This document shows positions 17,425 through 26,922 of a DNA stretch of 64,000 nucleotides, one piece after another. The position numbers and the translations under genes are program-made. Numbering within the stretch: the stretch's first letter is position 1; the number at the start of each line of letters is the position of its first letter. The DNA is from Vicinamibacterales bacterium (GTDB lineage: Bacteria > Acidobacteriota > Vicinamibacteria > Vicinamibacterales > UBA2999): positions 91,334 through 155,333 of the forward strand of contig DASTBV010000147.1 of the NCBI GenBank assembly GCA_035711805.1. The letters run 5' to 3'. The notes under the pieces were generated by a model. The model did no database searches, was not told the DNA's origin, and saw only the letters and a program-made list of their open reading frames with translations.

Positions 17425-19656
17425 ATGTATCGACACTCCCTCCTCCTGGGCCTTTCTATCGCGGCGTTCGTGTTGTCGCCGCTCGGTGTCGCGGGAACGC
17501 GCACCGAAGGCGAACGCGGCGCGGCCGCGACGCTCAGAAAAGTGACGTCGCAGCTGGATGCGCAAAAGGGAATTCTCAGCATCGAAGCGTCCGCTCCGGT
17601 CGCGTACGTGGCGTCGCAGCCGGATGCGCGGACGACGATTGTGGAGATGCGGAACGTCGCAGCCGGCAGCATCGGCGACGTGACTGTTGACCAGCGGCAC
17701 CCGATTGATGCGGTGAAGGTCGAGAGCGTCGTCAGCCCGGCAGGGGAGTCTCTGGCCCGTGTGCTGATCACATTCCGTCAGCCGGCGCGGCCGCGTATCC
17801 GCAGCTCGCGCAATGTGATCTTCGTCGAAGCCGACCGCATCGACCCCTCGACGTCGCTCGGGGCGGGCCCCTCGACGGGGCTCGGGGCGGGCGGCTCGAC
17901 GGCACCGTCCCGCACCGCGATGGGCCCGAAGCTCGATTTGCAAACCTTCTCGCCGGCGATTCGCGACCTGCGCGTTACGCAGCGGGGCACGGCGACGGCA
18001 ATCACGCTCCTTGGCACGGCGCCGCTCGTGGCGTCGGGCATCCAGGAGCCGAAGGATGCGCCGCGCCGGATCGTTCTCAATCTTCCACAGGCGACGTCCG
18101 CCATACCGACCACCATGCGCGTGGTCCGCGAGGGGCCGGTCGAGCGTGTGCGTGTTTCCATGAGTCCCGCCGCGCCGTTCGGTACGCAGGTCACGATGGA
18201 ACTATCGCGCGCCGCGACCTACCGGCTCGAATCATCGGCGGACGGCAACGACCTCTCGGTGGTGTTCGACGAGCCGGCGGCGGATCCGATCGCGGCGCTT
18301 CGTTCGCCAGTACCGTTGGCCGCAGCCCCACTACAGGCGCCGGCACCGGCACCGCCGGTGGTTGCCGCCCCGCAGCAGCCAGCCGCTCCGCTCCAGGTCG
18401 AAGCGGGGCAGCGCCAGTTCACCGGCACTCCGGTCAGTCTCGATTTCGACGGCACCGATCTGCGGGCCGTCCTGACGGCGCTTGCCAAAGAGGGCGGAAT
18501 CAACATCTGGATCGACCCGCGGGTGCAGGGAACGGTGACGACGACGCTGACCGACGTTCCGTGGGATGAGGCGTTCGACATCATCGCCAGCGGGAACGGA
18601 TTGGGTTACGTCCAGCGCGGTTCCGTCGTCCGCGTCGTGCCGCTGGCGGTGCTCGCGGAAGAGGAAGCGGCGCGGCGAAAGGTCGAGGAGGAGCGCGCGC
18701 TTGCGGGCGAGCTGCGGACCTATACCAAGTCGCTCAGTTACGCGACGGCGAAGGAACTGGCGACGCTGGTGAAGGACACGGTTCTGTCGCCCCGCGGGCA
18801 GGTGCAGGTCGACGACCGAACCAACACGCTCATCGTCACCGATCTTGTCGATCGGCTGGGGCGAACCGAAGACCTGATTTCGAAGCTCGACGTGCCGCAG
18901 CCGCAGGTGGAGATCGAGGCGCGTATCGTTCAGACGAGCCGCGACTTCGCCCGGCAGATCGGTGTGAACTGGGGCGTGAACGCCCGGGCCTCAACTGATC
19001 TTGCCAACACGACGGGGCTGACGTTCCCGAACCAGGGCAGCATCAGCGGCCGCACGGGCAGCGCCCAGGGACCCGATGGTGTGCCCACCGTCGTGGATCA
19101 GGCCGTGACGAATCCATCGAGCGCGATCGGCCTGGCGCTGGGATCGATCAATGGCGCGATCAACCTCGATATCGCGCTCTCGGCGCTCGAGCGTTCGGGC
19201 AAGGGAAAAATCCTGTCGACGCCGCGGGTCTCGACGCAGAACAACGTCCAGGCCGAGATCATGCAGGGCGTCCAGATTCCGATCCAGACCGTGGCCAACA
19301 ACACCGTGACCGTCACGTGGAAGGACGCGGCGCTGATTCTCCGCGTGCTGCCGCAGATTACGGCCGCGAATACCGTGATCATGAAAGTCGAGCTCGAAAA
19401 CGGATCGCCCGACTTCGCACGCGCCATTGAAAACAACCCGCCGATCAACACCCAGCGGGCGCTGACGAGTGTTCGCGTCGCCAACGGCGACACCACGGTC
19501 ATCGGCGGCATCTTCCTGAGTACCGAGCAGGCCACCCAGTCCCGTACGCCGGGGCTCAGCAAGGTCCCGCTCCTCGGCTTGCTGTTCAGGCGCGACGAGG
19601 TGACGGATGAGAGCCGAGAGCTGCTCATCTTCATCACGCCGCGGATTATTCAGTAG
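17425..19656 (+). CDS. pilQ: Type IV pilus secretin PilQ with N-terminal AMIN-like repeats
   Basis: 743 aa with a C-terminal secretin domain (...GGIFLSTEQATQSRTPGLSKVPLLGLLFRRD...LLIFITPRII). The N-terminus has repeated AMIN-like modules. Confidence 0.9.
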   Translation: MYRHSLLLGLSIAAFVLSPLGVAGTRTEGERGAAATLRKVTSQLDAQKGILSIEASAPVAYVASQPDARTTIVEMRNVAAGSIGDVTVDQRHPIDAVKVESVVSPAGESLARVLITFRQPARPRIRSSRNVIFVEADRIDPSTSLGAGPSTGLGAGGSTAPSRTAMGPKLDLQTFSPAIRDLRVTQRGTATAITLLGTAPLVASGIQEPKDAPRRIVLNLPQATSAIPTTMRVVREGPVERVRVSMSPAAPFGTQVTMELSRAATYRLESSADGNDLSVVFDEPAADPIAALRSPVPLAAAPLQAPAPAPPVVAAPQQPAAPLQVEAGQRQFTGTPVSLDFDGTDLRAVLTALAKEGGINIWIDPRVQGTVTTTLTDVPWDEAFDIIASGNGLGYVQRGSVVRVVPLAVLAEEEAARRKVEEERALAGELRTYTKSLSYATAKELATLVKDTVLSPRGQVQVDDRTNTLIVTDLVDRLGRTEDLISKLDVPQPQVEIEARIVQTSRDFARQIGVNWGVNARASTDLANTTGLTFPNQGSISGRTGSAQGPDGVPTVVDQAVTNPSSAIGLALGSINGAINLDIALSALERSGKGKILSTPRVSTQNNVQAEIMQGVQIPIQTVANNTVTVTWKDAALILRVLPQITAANTVIMKVELENGSPDFARAIENNPPINTQRALTSVRVANGDTTVIGGIFLSTEQATQSRTPGLSKVPLLGLLFRRDEVTDESRELLIFITPRIIQ
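17844..17900 (+). repeat. In-frame 24-nt tandem repeat (about 2.4 copies) inside pilQ
   Basis: cccctcgacgtcgctcggggcggg / cccctcgacggggctcggggcggg / cggctcgacgg. It encodes PSTSLGAG-PSTGLGAG-GST in a linker. Confidence 0.8.
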
Positions 19657-19675
19657 GAGAGCGACTGTGAGTGCG

Positions 19676-20302
19676 ATGTTCAGGTCTTGGAAAGCGCTGG
19701 CGGCGATCGGCATCGCCGTGACCTTCGCCGGCTGCGGCGATCTGGCGACGCAGGGACGCTCGCCCTCGCAGCTGGTGATCCTGTCGCTGGCGGCGGCGCC
19801 GGGGGCGAACCCCAGCGAATTCGGCGCGAACCTGTTGTCGGATGTCGTCACCAACGTGCAGCGGACCGAGAACGGCGTGCAGGTCTCGTCGCCCACGATC
19901 TTCAATGACGTCGGTTCGGTCGAGTTCGGGCTGGTCTTGAAGGACCCGGGCAGTGATCCGGCCGCTCCGACGGCTCCCGGACCGCTCAACGCGGTCACGA
20001 TCACACGCTATCGCGTCGTCTATCGGCGGGCCGACGGCCGCAATACCCCGGGCGTCGACGTGCCATTCCCGTTCGACTCCGGCGTGACCGTGACGGTGAC
20101 GAGCGACGGCGGCTCGACCGGATTCGAAATCGTGCGCGGCTCCGCCAAGCTCGACGCGCCGCTGCGCGCGCTGAAAGACAACCCGGACATGATTTCCACA
20201 ATCGCTGAAGTGACGTTCTACGGCCACGATCAGGCCGGCAACGATCTCAGCGCTACGGGGATGATTGGCATCAACTTCGCCAACTTCGCCGATCCCCAGT
20301 AA
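19676..20302 (+). CDS. Hypothetical lipoprotein
   Basis: MFRSWKALAAIGIAVTFAGCGD carries a lipobox (FAGC). The rest is beta-rich and belongs to no family I recognise. It starts 20 nt after the pilQ stop. Confidence 0.6.
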   Translation: MFRSWKALAAIGIAVTFAGCGDLATQGRSPSQLVILSLAAAPGANPSEFGANLLSDVVTNVQRTENGVQVSSPTIFNDVGSVEFGLVLKDPGSDPAAPTAPGPLNAVTITRYRVVYRRADGRNTPGVDVPFPFDSGVTVTVTSDGGSTGFEIVRGSAKLDAPLRALKDNPDMISTIAEVTFYGHDQAGNDLSATGMIGINFANFADPQ

Positions 20303-20308
20303 GAGGAC

Positions 20309-21046
20309 GTGATGCAGATCAGGACCGCTGGAATCCTGCGCGCGGGCGCCGCGCTGCTGATCGCCGGCAGCGTGGCAGCGTGCACCGAGTCTCAGGAGCC
20401 GCCATCGTTGACGGGGCCGTCAGGCTTGTCGCAGACGCTGACGCTCAGCGCCTCGCCGGATCGGATTGCGCACAACGGAAGCGCGCAATCTGTCGTCACG
20501 CTCACCATGCACGACGGTGCGGGGCAACCGCTGTCGGGTCAGCGCGTCAGCCTCGGCACATCGTCCGGCACGCTGTCTCATGCGGACGTGGTCACGGGAA
20601 CGGACGGGCGCGCGGCATTTATCGTGACCGCGCCGGCCCTGTCTGTTCCTGCAGAAGACATCAGCGTGTTTGCAACGCCATTCGGTACCGATGCCGGTGC
20701 GGCGTTGACGCGCGTTCTGCGCATTGCCTTCACCGGTCCGAGCAACACGACGGCGCCACAGCCGGAGTTTGTTTTCTCGCCGGAAACACCCGTGGCCGGC
20801 GTTTCGACCGCGTTCGACGCCTCGGCGACGACGGACGAGGGCGTCCAGTGCGTGACCTGCACGTTTACGTGGACGTTCCCGACAGAGACGGCGAGCGGAA
20901 TGGGGGCGAATTACACGCTTCCAACGGGTCAGTTCCCGCAGGGTGGAACGTTTGTCGTCACGCTGACCGTCCGGGACTCGACCGGCAGTGAATCCACGCT
21001 GCGGCGTGCCGTGACGTGGGACCCGCCGGCGCCCGAAGAAGAGTGA
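20309..21046 (+). CDS. Lipoprotein with Ig-like (Big_1-type) and PKD-like domains
   Basis: Lipobox (SVAAC). An Ig-like segment (LTLSASPDRIAHNGSAQSVVTLTMHDGAGQPLSGQRVSL...AAFIVTAP) is followed by a PKD-like segment (FDASATTDEG...FTWTF...VTLTVRDSTG). Confidence 0.65.
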   Translation: MMQIRTAGILRAGAALLIAGSVAACTESQEPPSLTGPSGLSQTLTLSASPDRIAHNGSAQSVVTLTMHDGAGQPLSGQRVSLGTSSGTLSHADVVTGTDGRAAFIVTAPALSVPAEDISVFATPFGTDAGAALTRVLRIAFTGPSNTTAPQPEFVFSPETPVAGVSTAFDASATTDEGVQCVTCTFTWTFPTETASGMGANYTLPTGQFPQGGTFVVTLTVRDSTGSESTLRRAVTWDPPAPEEE

Positions 21047-21049
21047 TCA

Positions 21050-21069
21050 CTAGGGCACAATAGCCCTAG
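21050..21069 (+). terminator. Hairpin after the pil-associated lipoprotein gene (CTAGGGC-ACAATA-GCCCTAG), no U-tract
   Basis: It lies 4 nt after the stop at 21046 and 9 nt before the pepP start. It is only a candidate. Confidence 0.3.
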
Positions 21070-21077
21070 GTTCCCAA

Positions 21078-22211
21078 ATGGCTGCGGCGACGTCATCCCA
21101 GCTTGATGTACGCCATGCGGCGATCCGCCGCGCGTTCGAGACGCTCGGTCTCGACGCGCTGATCGTCACCGCGCCCGCCAATATCCGTTATCTGACGAAC
21201 CACGCCGGCAGCGCGGGCACGCTTGTCGCCGCCACCGGCGCAATGCACCTCCTGGTGGACTTCCGGTATCACGAGTCGGTGCGCCAGCTTCAGGCATCGG
21301 CGTCGGCGTGCCCGACACTCAGGCTGTGGCCCGTCGCGGCCAGCTACGACGAAGCCCTGCTGGAGTGCCTGGCGGAGACGGGCGTCACGACGGTCGGCTT
21401 CGAGGCCGCTCACCTGACGGTGGCCCGCCACGAGTGGCTCGTGCGAACGGCCGCGGCTCGAGGTGTGGCGGTGACACTCCGGCCCACGGAACGGGTTGTC
21501 GAGCAGGCGCGGGTTATCAAGGACGACGGTGAAGTGGCGATCTTGCGTGAAGCGGCGCGGCGCCTCACACCTGTCGCCCGCGCGGCATTCGAAATGGTGC
21601 GTCCGGGCACGACCGAACGCGCCGTAGCGGCGCGGATCGAGTCGGCGATTCGGGAGGCCGGGTTCGAGCGGCCCGCGTTCGATACGATTGTCGCGTCGGG
21701 GCCGAACGCGGCCCTGCCGCACTATCGCGCCGGCGACCGCGTGCTCGAGCGGGGCGACGTGGTGGTGCTGGACTTTGGCGGTGTCTTGGACGGATACTGC
21801 AGCGACTTGACGCGGACGGTCGCAGTCGCGCCCCCGTCCGCGGAAGCGCACCGCGTGCACCAGGCGGTGCGCGAAGCGCAGCAGGCGGCGATCGACGCCG
21901 TCAGGCCGGGCATCGCGACCACGGATGTGGATCGGGCGGCCCGCAGCGTTCTCGAGGCACATGGACTGGGCGAGGCATTTGGCCACGGAACGGGCCATGG
22001 TCTCGGCCTCGACGTCCATGAGGAGCCGAGGGTCACGCGGCCGCGCGCCGATGTGGCGCCGGTGCCACTTGAACCGGGGATGGTCTTTACGATCGAGCCG
22101 GGCGCGTACCTTCCCGGATGGGGGGGCGTGCGGATTGAAGACGATGTGCTGGTCACGGCCCGCGGATGCGAGGTCCTCACATCGGTGCCATACGCTCTGA
22201 TCCCAGACTGA
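21078..22211 (+). CDS. pepP: Xaa-Pro aminopeptidase (M24 family)
   Basis: Creatinase-like N-domain plus an M24 core (VLDFGGVLDGYCSDLTRT...HGTGHGLGLDVHEEP...EPGAY). Confidence 0.88.
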   Translation: MAAATSSQLDVRHAAIRRAFETLGLDALIVTAPANIRYLTNHAGSAGTLVAATGAMHLLVDFRYHESVRQLQASASACPTLRLWPVAASYDEALLECLAETGVTTVGFEAAHLTVARHEWLVRTAAARGVAVTLRPTERVVEQARVIKDDGEVAILREAARRLTPVARAAFEMVRPGTTERAVAARIESAIREAGFERPAFDTIVASGPNAALPHYRAGDRVLERGDVVVLDFGGVLDGYCSDLTRTVAVAPPSAEAHRVHQAVREAQQAAIDAVRPGIATTDVDRAARSVLEAHGLGEAFGHGTGHGLGLDVHEEPRVTRPRADVAPVPLEPGMVFTIEPGAYLPGWGGVRIEDDVLVTARGCEVLTSVPYALIPD

Positions 22212-22696
22212 TGACCGTAGACGAGATCAAAGAGATTCTCGAACTGATGCGCGAGCACGAGCTCGCCGAGTTCGAACTGCAGCGAAACGGCGAAACACTT
22301 CGCCTGCGCAAGCACGCGCCCGCGCAGTGGACGGCGGCGATGCCCCCGCTCCCGGCCGTCGCCATGCAGGCGCCGGCCGCGGCGCCGCCCGCGGCGGCGC
22401 CGCCGCCGATCGCCGGCGAACCACCCGTGCTCGAACCGGCGAGCGAAGACGTCGACCTGGCGATCGTCAAGTCGCCCATCGTCGGCACCTTCTACCGGTC
22501 GTCGGAACCTGGAGCTCCGCCGTTTGTCGAAACCGGCCAGACGGTGCGCAAAGGGCAGGTTCTGTGCATCATCGAAGCGATGAAGCTGATGAACGAGATC
22601 AACGCCGAATGCGACGGCGAGATCGTCAAGGTGTATGTCGAAAACGGTCAGGCCGTTCAGTACGGCGAGCGGCTGTTTGCGATAAGACCGAGTTAG
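22211..22696 (+). CDS. accB: Acetyl-CoA carboxylase biotin carboxyl carrier protein
   Basis: The EAMKLMNEI biotinylation motif follows a Pro/Ala linker. ATG 22211 overlaps the pepP TGA (TGATG). Confidence 0.92.
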   Translation: MTVDEIKEILELMREHELAEFELQRNGETLRLRKHAPAQWTAAMPPLPAVAMQAPAAAPPAAAPPPIAGEPPVLEPASEDVDLAIVKSPIVGTFYRSSEPGAPPFVETGQTVRKGQVLCIIEAMKLMNEINAECDGEIVKVYVENGQAVQYGERLFAIRPS

Positions 22697-22723
22697 CTGT
22701 GATGCATCGTTCACTTCAGAGCA

Positions 22724-22785
22724 GCCACGGAGACACGAAGGCACGGAGATCGATCGGCTTCTCCGTGTCTTTGTGCCTTCGTGGC
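22724..22785. repeat. Palindromic element made of CACGRAGR octamers (accB-accC intergenic)
   Basis: The 26-nt arms GCCACGGAGACACGAAGGCACGGAGA and TCTCCGTGTCTTTGTGCCTTCGTGGC flank a 10-nt loop. On + strand RNA I count 22 Watson-Crick pairs, 3 G:U pairs and 1 A:C mismatch. Confidence 0.8.
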
Positions 22786-22796
22786 CTGTGAGGCCG

Positions 22797-24167
22797 ATGT
22801 TTAAGAAAATACTCATCGCCAATCGCGGGGAAATCGCGCTGCGCGTCATTCACGCGTGCCGTGAGCTCGGTATCAAGACGGTGGCGGTCTACTCGGAGGC
22901 GGACGAGAACTCGCTCCACGTCCGGTTTGCCGACGAAGACGTCTGCATCGGGCCGCCGCGCAGCGCCGACAGCTACCTGAACGTGCCGGCGATCATCAGC
23001 GCCGCCGAGATTACCGGCGCCGACGCGATTCACCCCGGCTACGGCTTTCTGTCGGAGAGCGCCTACCTCGCCGAGGTCTGCCAGGCCTGCCACATCCGGT
23101 TCATCGGCCCCGATCCGAGCGTGATCAAGCTGCTCGGAGACAAGGCGCGCGCGCGCAAGGCGATGAAGAAGGCGGGCGTGCCGATGCTCCCGGGCAGCGA
23201 GGGGCCGGTGGAGAACGAAGAGCGGGCGCTGAAGGTGGCGCGTGATATCGGCTACCCGGTGATCATCAAGGCCGTCGCCGGCGGCGGCGGCCGGGGGATG
23301 CGTGTCGTGCGCGACCCCGAGGAACTCCCGCAGCTGCTGCGGATGGCGACGCGCGAAGCCGAGGCGGCGTTCGGCAACGGCGATGTCTATATCGAGAAAT
23401 ACCTGGACAACCCGCGCCACATCGAGTTCCAGATCATCGGCGACCATCACGGCAACCTCGTCCACCTCGGGGAACGGGAATGCTCGATTCAGCGGCGGCA
23501 TCAGAAGCTGATCGAGGAATCGCCGTCGCCGGTGCTGAGCGAGAAGGTCCGCCGCAAGATGGGCAGCCTCGTCGTGGACGCCGCAAAAGCGGTGCAATAC
23601 ACGAACGCGGGCACGTTCGAGTTCCTGATGGACGCCGAAGGGAAGTTCTATTACATGGAGACGAATACGCGTCTCCAGGTCGAGCATCCGGTGACCGAAA
23701 TGGTGACCGGTATCGACATCGTCAAGGAACAGATCCGGATTGCCGCCGGCGAGCGCCTGTCGTTCCGGCAGAGCGACATCACCTTTACCGGCCACTCCAT
23801 CGAGTGCCGCATCAACGCCGAAGACCCGGTGACCTTCGCGCCATCACCCGGATTGATCCACGCCTGGAGCGTGCCGGGCGGCCCGGGCGTCCGCATCGAC
23901 ACCTTCGCGCACGCGGAGTGCACGGTGTCGCCGTACTACGACTCGATGATTGCGAAGATCATCGTGCACGGCCGCGATCGTCAGGAAGCCATCGCGCGGA
24001 TGCGCCGCACGCTGGAAATGACCGTCATCGAAGGCATCAGCACATCCGTGCCGCTGCACATGAAGATCCTCAACGACGCCGATTTTCAGGCCGGCCGGCT
24101 CGGCACCGGGTTCATGGACCGGTTCATGCCGGCGCCGAAGCAGAACAAACTGGCCGAGACGGCGTAA
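22797..24167 (+). CDS. accC: Acetyl-CoA carboxylase biotin carboxylase subunit
   Basis: [26 protein letters not shown]...ATP-grasp core. ATG 22797 is chosen; the track start at 22773 lies in the repeat hairpin. Confidence 0.95.
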   Translation: MFKKILIANRGEIALRVIHACRELGIKTVAVYSEADENSLHVRFADEDVCIGPPRSADSYLNVPAIISAAEITGADAIHPGYGFLSESAYLAEVCQACHIRFIGPDPSVIKLLGDKARARKAMKKAGVPMLPGSEGPVENEERALKVARDIGYPVIIKAVAGGGGRGMRVVRDPEELPQLLRMATREAEAAFGNGDVYIEKYLDNPRHIEFQIIGDHHGNLVHLGERECSIQRRHQKLIEESPSPVLSEKVRRKMGSLVVDAAKAVQYTNAGTFEFLMDAEGKFYYMETNTRLQVEHPVTEMVTGIDIVKEQIRIAAGERLSFRQSDITFTGHSIECRINAEDPVTFAPSPGLIHAWSVPGGPGVRIDTFAHAECTVSPYYDSMIAKIIVHGRDRQEAIARMRRTLEMTVIEGISTSVPLHMKILNDADFQAGRLGTGFMDRFMPAPKQNKLAETA

Positions 24168-24195
24168 CCACCAGAACGCTTCTCACAACTCCGTA

Positions 24196-24262
24196 GCCAC
24201 GGAGACACGAGGTCACGGAGAAGTTTGATCCACGAACCTCCGTGTTTTCGTGCCTCCGTGGC
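24196..24262. repeat. Second copy of the CACGGAG-octamer palindromic element (after accC, convergent with the VWFA-related gene)
   Basis: GCCACGGAGACACGAGGTCACGGAGAAG ... CCTCCGTGTTTTCGTGCCTCCGTGGC. It has the same left-arm family as the copy at 22724. Confidence 0.75.
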
Positions 24263-24280
24263 GGCGTGGATTGAAATGGT

Positions 24281-26263
24281 CTAGCGGACGCGGAACGGGA
24301 CGCTGCGGGAAACCGGGTCGCCGCCGGCGCTCGATGATGCCTCGATCGACACCACGTAACGGCCGGCGGGAAGCTTCGTGAGCGGCAGCGGCGCTTCGAA
24401 GCGCAGGACGTCGCCGTTCTTCTTCAGCTCGTCGGACGAACGGGACACCGACGAAATCGTCGTCACCTCGCCCGCTTCGTTGCGGAGTGCGGCCCGCGCC
24501 TCCACCGTGTGCGGCCGGCCGCCCGTCGAGTCGTAGATTTCCGCGAACACGCTCACCCGGTCGCCGTCGCGGAACAACCGGACCGTCGTCGGTGCGCGGA
24601 TGGCGAGCGCCTGCAGCGGATCGCCGGCTGGCAGGAACACGCCTTCCGGGTCGTTCGGCCCGCGGAGCGCCACGCCGCTCATGGCGAGTTCCTTTTTGCT
24701 GAAATCAGGCACGTCGAGGTCGTAGATGACGCTGCCGCCCCGCTGCGCGGTGCCGACGGCGATGCGAAGCTGGTAGCGTCCGGGCTGAAGATCGGTTTTC
24801 GTCAGGACGCGAAGCCCGGCTCGCTCTACGCCGGCTCGAGCGTCGGCCGGCACGGTGATGTTGCCCAGCTGCCGGATCTGCGGCAGCACTTTGGAGCGGA
24901 CGTCGATTGGGACCAGGCGCACGTCGATTGAGCCCCGTAACCCGCCGTCCTGCTGTTCGACGAGGCCAAGGCGCTGCGGATCCATCTCGAGTGCGATCGC
25001 GACAGCCGCTGTTTTGCCGCGTCCCCTGAATGGCGCCGCAAAGGCGCGGAGAGTGACGCCCCCGACAGGCACCGGGCTCGCCAGCGCGGCGCCGACGCCC
25101 GGCGTGCGTTCCGGAGACGCGATGTTATCGCGGCCTTTGAAAGGTGCGATATAGCCATCCTTGGCCAGCACCTTGAGGCCGGGACGGTTGACTCGCACCT
25201 GCATCGGAACAAACCGACCGTCGTCTTTGTCTTGCGTCGAATTGAAGCCGAGCATGTAGTAGACGCTGTTCTCCTGCACGAGGCGCGTGAACGCGTTGCC
25301 GAAGGTGTTGGAGTTGAGGTGAGCGAAGCCACCCGTGGCGGCTGCGATCGAACGCATCTCCATCCTGGGCGCGAGTGCTTGACCCGCGGCCGCCTGCTGC
25401 ACTTCGACCGAAGGGAGCGATTCGGCGGTTGCGTCGGGGCCTTCAACCTCGAGGCCGCCGGGATGGATCGGATAGATCGCGATATTCCCGCGCGTGGCCG
25501 CGGTCATCGCTGCATGGGCGTCCTGTGCGGCGGGGCTCAGCGTCGTGCCCGAGTAGTCCTTGAAGTCGATGGCATCGAAGCCGATCGCTTCGGTGACGAG
25601 GACCATAGCCTTCCGGCGGCCGGGGGTCTTGATCAGGAATTCAGTGAGGTCCTTGAGGCGGCTCATGCGATTACGGGCCAGGAACGCAGCCGGCCCCGTT
25701 GGCGGGGCAAACGGCGAGGCCGACCCCGCAAAGACACGTTCATCCGGCGACCCCGCAAAACTATCGATGCCCTTGATCAACAGGCGCCGGTTCGATGTGA
25801 AATCCTGGCCGGCGTTCGGGTGGGCCTTGTCCAGGAACATGATTGCCGCGCTGTCGCTCGGACCGAAGTGCTCGTCGAAAAACCTCCTCAGCTCGCGTTT
25901 GGCAAGCATGGCCAAAGCGGGACTGATGGAGTCGAACACGATCAAGTAGATGCGGCCGTCGCCTTCATTCGCGACGACATCGGGATCCGCCAGATCCGGC
26001 AACTGCCGTTCGATTGGAATGTCGACCGCTTCAAACGTAGTGATGGGCTGCGGAACGCCCCGTTCAGTGAGTTCGAAGTCCTCGATCGTCAGGCCGCGCA
26101 CCGGATTGCCTTCTTCGTCGGTAACGACAGCATCGACCTGAATCGCGCGGACCCCTGCCCGGAAGGTGGCAACCGGCTCCTGCGGCGGCTGCCGGACGGG
26201 CGCCTGGGCCAGGCCGGCGATCGGAGCCAGTGCCGCGATGAGGGACAGACACAGCCTGCGCAT
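24281..26263 (-). CDS. VWFA-related (TIGR03436-like) secreted protein
   Basis: Signal peptide from ATG 26263 (MRRLCLSLIAALAPIAGLAQA). It is followed by FRAGVRAIQVDAVVTDEEGNPVRGLTIEDFELTERGVPQPITTFE, characteristic of the acidobacterial VWFA-related family. Confidence 0.8.
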   Translation of the reverse strand: MRRLCLSLIAALAPIAGLAQAPVRQPPQEPVATFRAGVRAIQVDAVVTDEEGNPVRGLTIEDFELTERGVPQPITTFEAVDIPIERQLPDLADPDVVANEGDGRIYLIVFDSISPALAMLAKRELRRFFDEHFGPSDSAAIMFLDKAHPNAGQDFTSNRRLLIKGIDSFAGSPDERVFAGSASPFAPPTGPAAFLARNRMSRLKDLTEFLIKTPGRRKAMVLVTEAIGFDAIDFKDYSGTTLSPAAQDAHAAMTAATRGNIAIYPIHPGGLEVEGPDATAESLPSVEVQQAAAGQALAPRMEMRSIAAATGGFAHLNSNTFGNAFTRLVQENSVYYMLGFNSTQDKDDGRFVPMQVRVNRPGLKVLAKDGYIAPFKGRDNIASPERTPGVGAALASPVPVGGVTLRAFAAPFRGRGKTAAVAIALEMDPQRLGLVEQQDGGLRGSIDVRLVPIDVRSKVLPQIRQLGNITVPADARAGVERAGLRVLTKTDLQPGRYQLRIAVGTAQRGGSVIYDLDVPDFSKKELAMSGVALRGPNDPEGVFLPAGDPLQALAIRAPTTVRLFRDGDRVSVFAEIYDSTGGRPHTVEARAALRNEAGEVTTISSVSRSSDELKKNGDVLRFEAPLPLTKLPAGRYVVSIEASSSAGGDPVSRSVPFRVR

Positions 26264-26292
26264 GATGGTTGCGGCTATTGTACCGACGAACG

Positions 26293-26922
26293 ATGACCAC
26301 GGACCTTTCCGTTCTCCATGCGATCGTGGACGTCCACGTGGCGACCGGTGCCGGCTGGAAACCGACAGAGTTGGCGCGGGCGTTTCTCGACGGCGGCGCA
26401 CGTCTCCTTCAGCTACGCGCCAAGGATCTGCCGTCCGGCGCTTTTCTCGACCTGAGCGACGCGGTGGTCGCGCTGGCCGGCGAATACGAGGCGCGGATCA
26501 TCGTGAACGATCGCGTCGATGTGGCGCGTTTATCGGGTGCGGCCGGAGTACACATCGGACAGGAGGATCTTTCACCGGCGGCTGCGCGCGCACAGCTCGG
26601 CCCGGCGGCGATTATCGGCTTCTCGACGCACACCGTGGCCCAGGTCGAAGGGGCGCTGACCGAGCCAATCTCCTACATCGCCGTTGGGCCTGTGTTTGGA
26701 ACGGCGACGAAGGACACGGGCTACAGCGCGGTAGGACTCGACCTCGTTTCCGCGGCCGCGCATCTGGCCGGATCGGTCCCGATCGTCGCGATTGGAGGTG
26801 TGAAGCTCGAGAATGCGCGAGCGGCGATCGACGCCGGCGCCTCGTCGGTCGCGGTGATCTCGGACCTACTGGTTGGCGATCCTGTTGAAAGAGTGAAGGC
26901 GTTTTTGCGAATCCTTCGTTGA
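26293..26922 (+). CDS. thiE: Thiamine-phosphate synthase
   Basis: LQLRAKDL...IIVNDRVDVA...GVHIGQEDL...IGFSTH...YIAVGPVFGTATK...AIGGV. ATG 26293 is preferred over the TTG at 26269. Confidence 0.85.
   Translation: MTTDLSVLHAIVDVHVATGAGWKPTELARAFLDGGARLLQLRAKDLPSGAFLDLSDAVVALAGEYEARIIVNDRVDVARLSGAAGVHIGQEDLSPAAARAQLGPAAIIGFSTHTVAQVEGALTEPISYIAVGPVFGTATKDTGYSAVGLDLVSAAAHLAGSVPIVAIGGVKLENARAAIDAGASSVAVISDLLVGDPVERVKAFLRILR

Noticed and set aside
26200-26293. A TPP riboswitch upstream of thiE
   Set aside because: Only 5-29 nt separate thiE from the divergent VWFA-related gene start. I see no CUGAGA or ACCUGA-type THI-box sequences.
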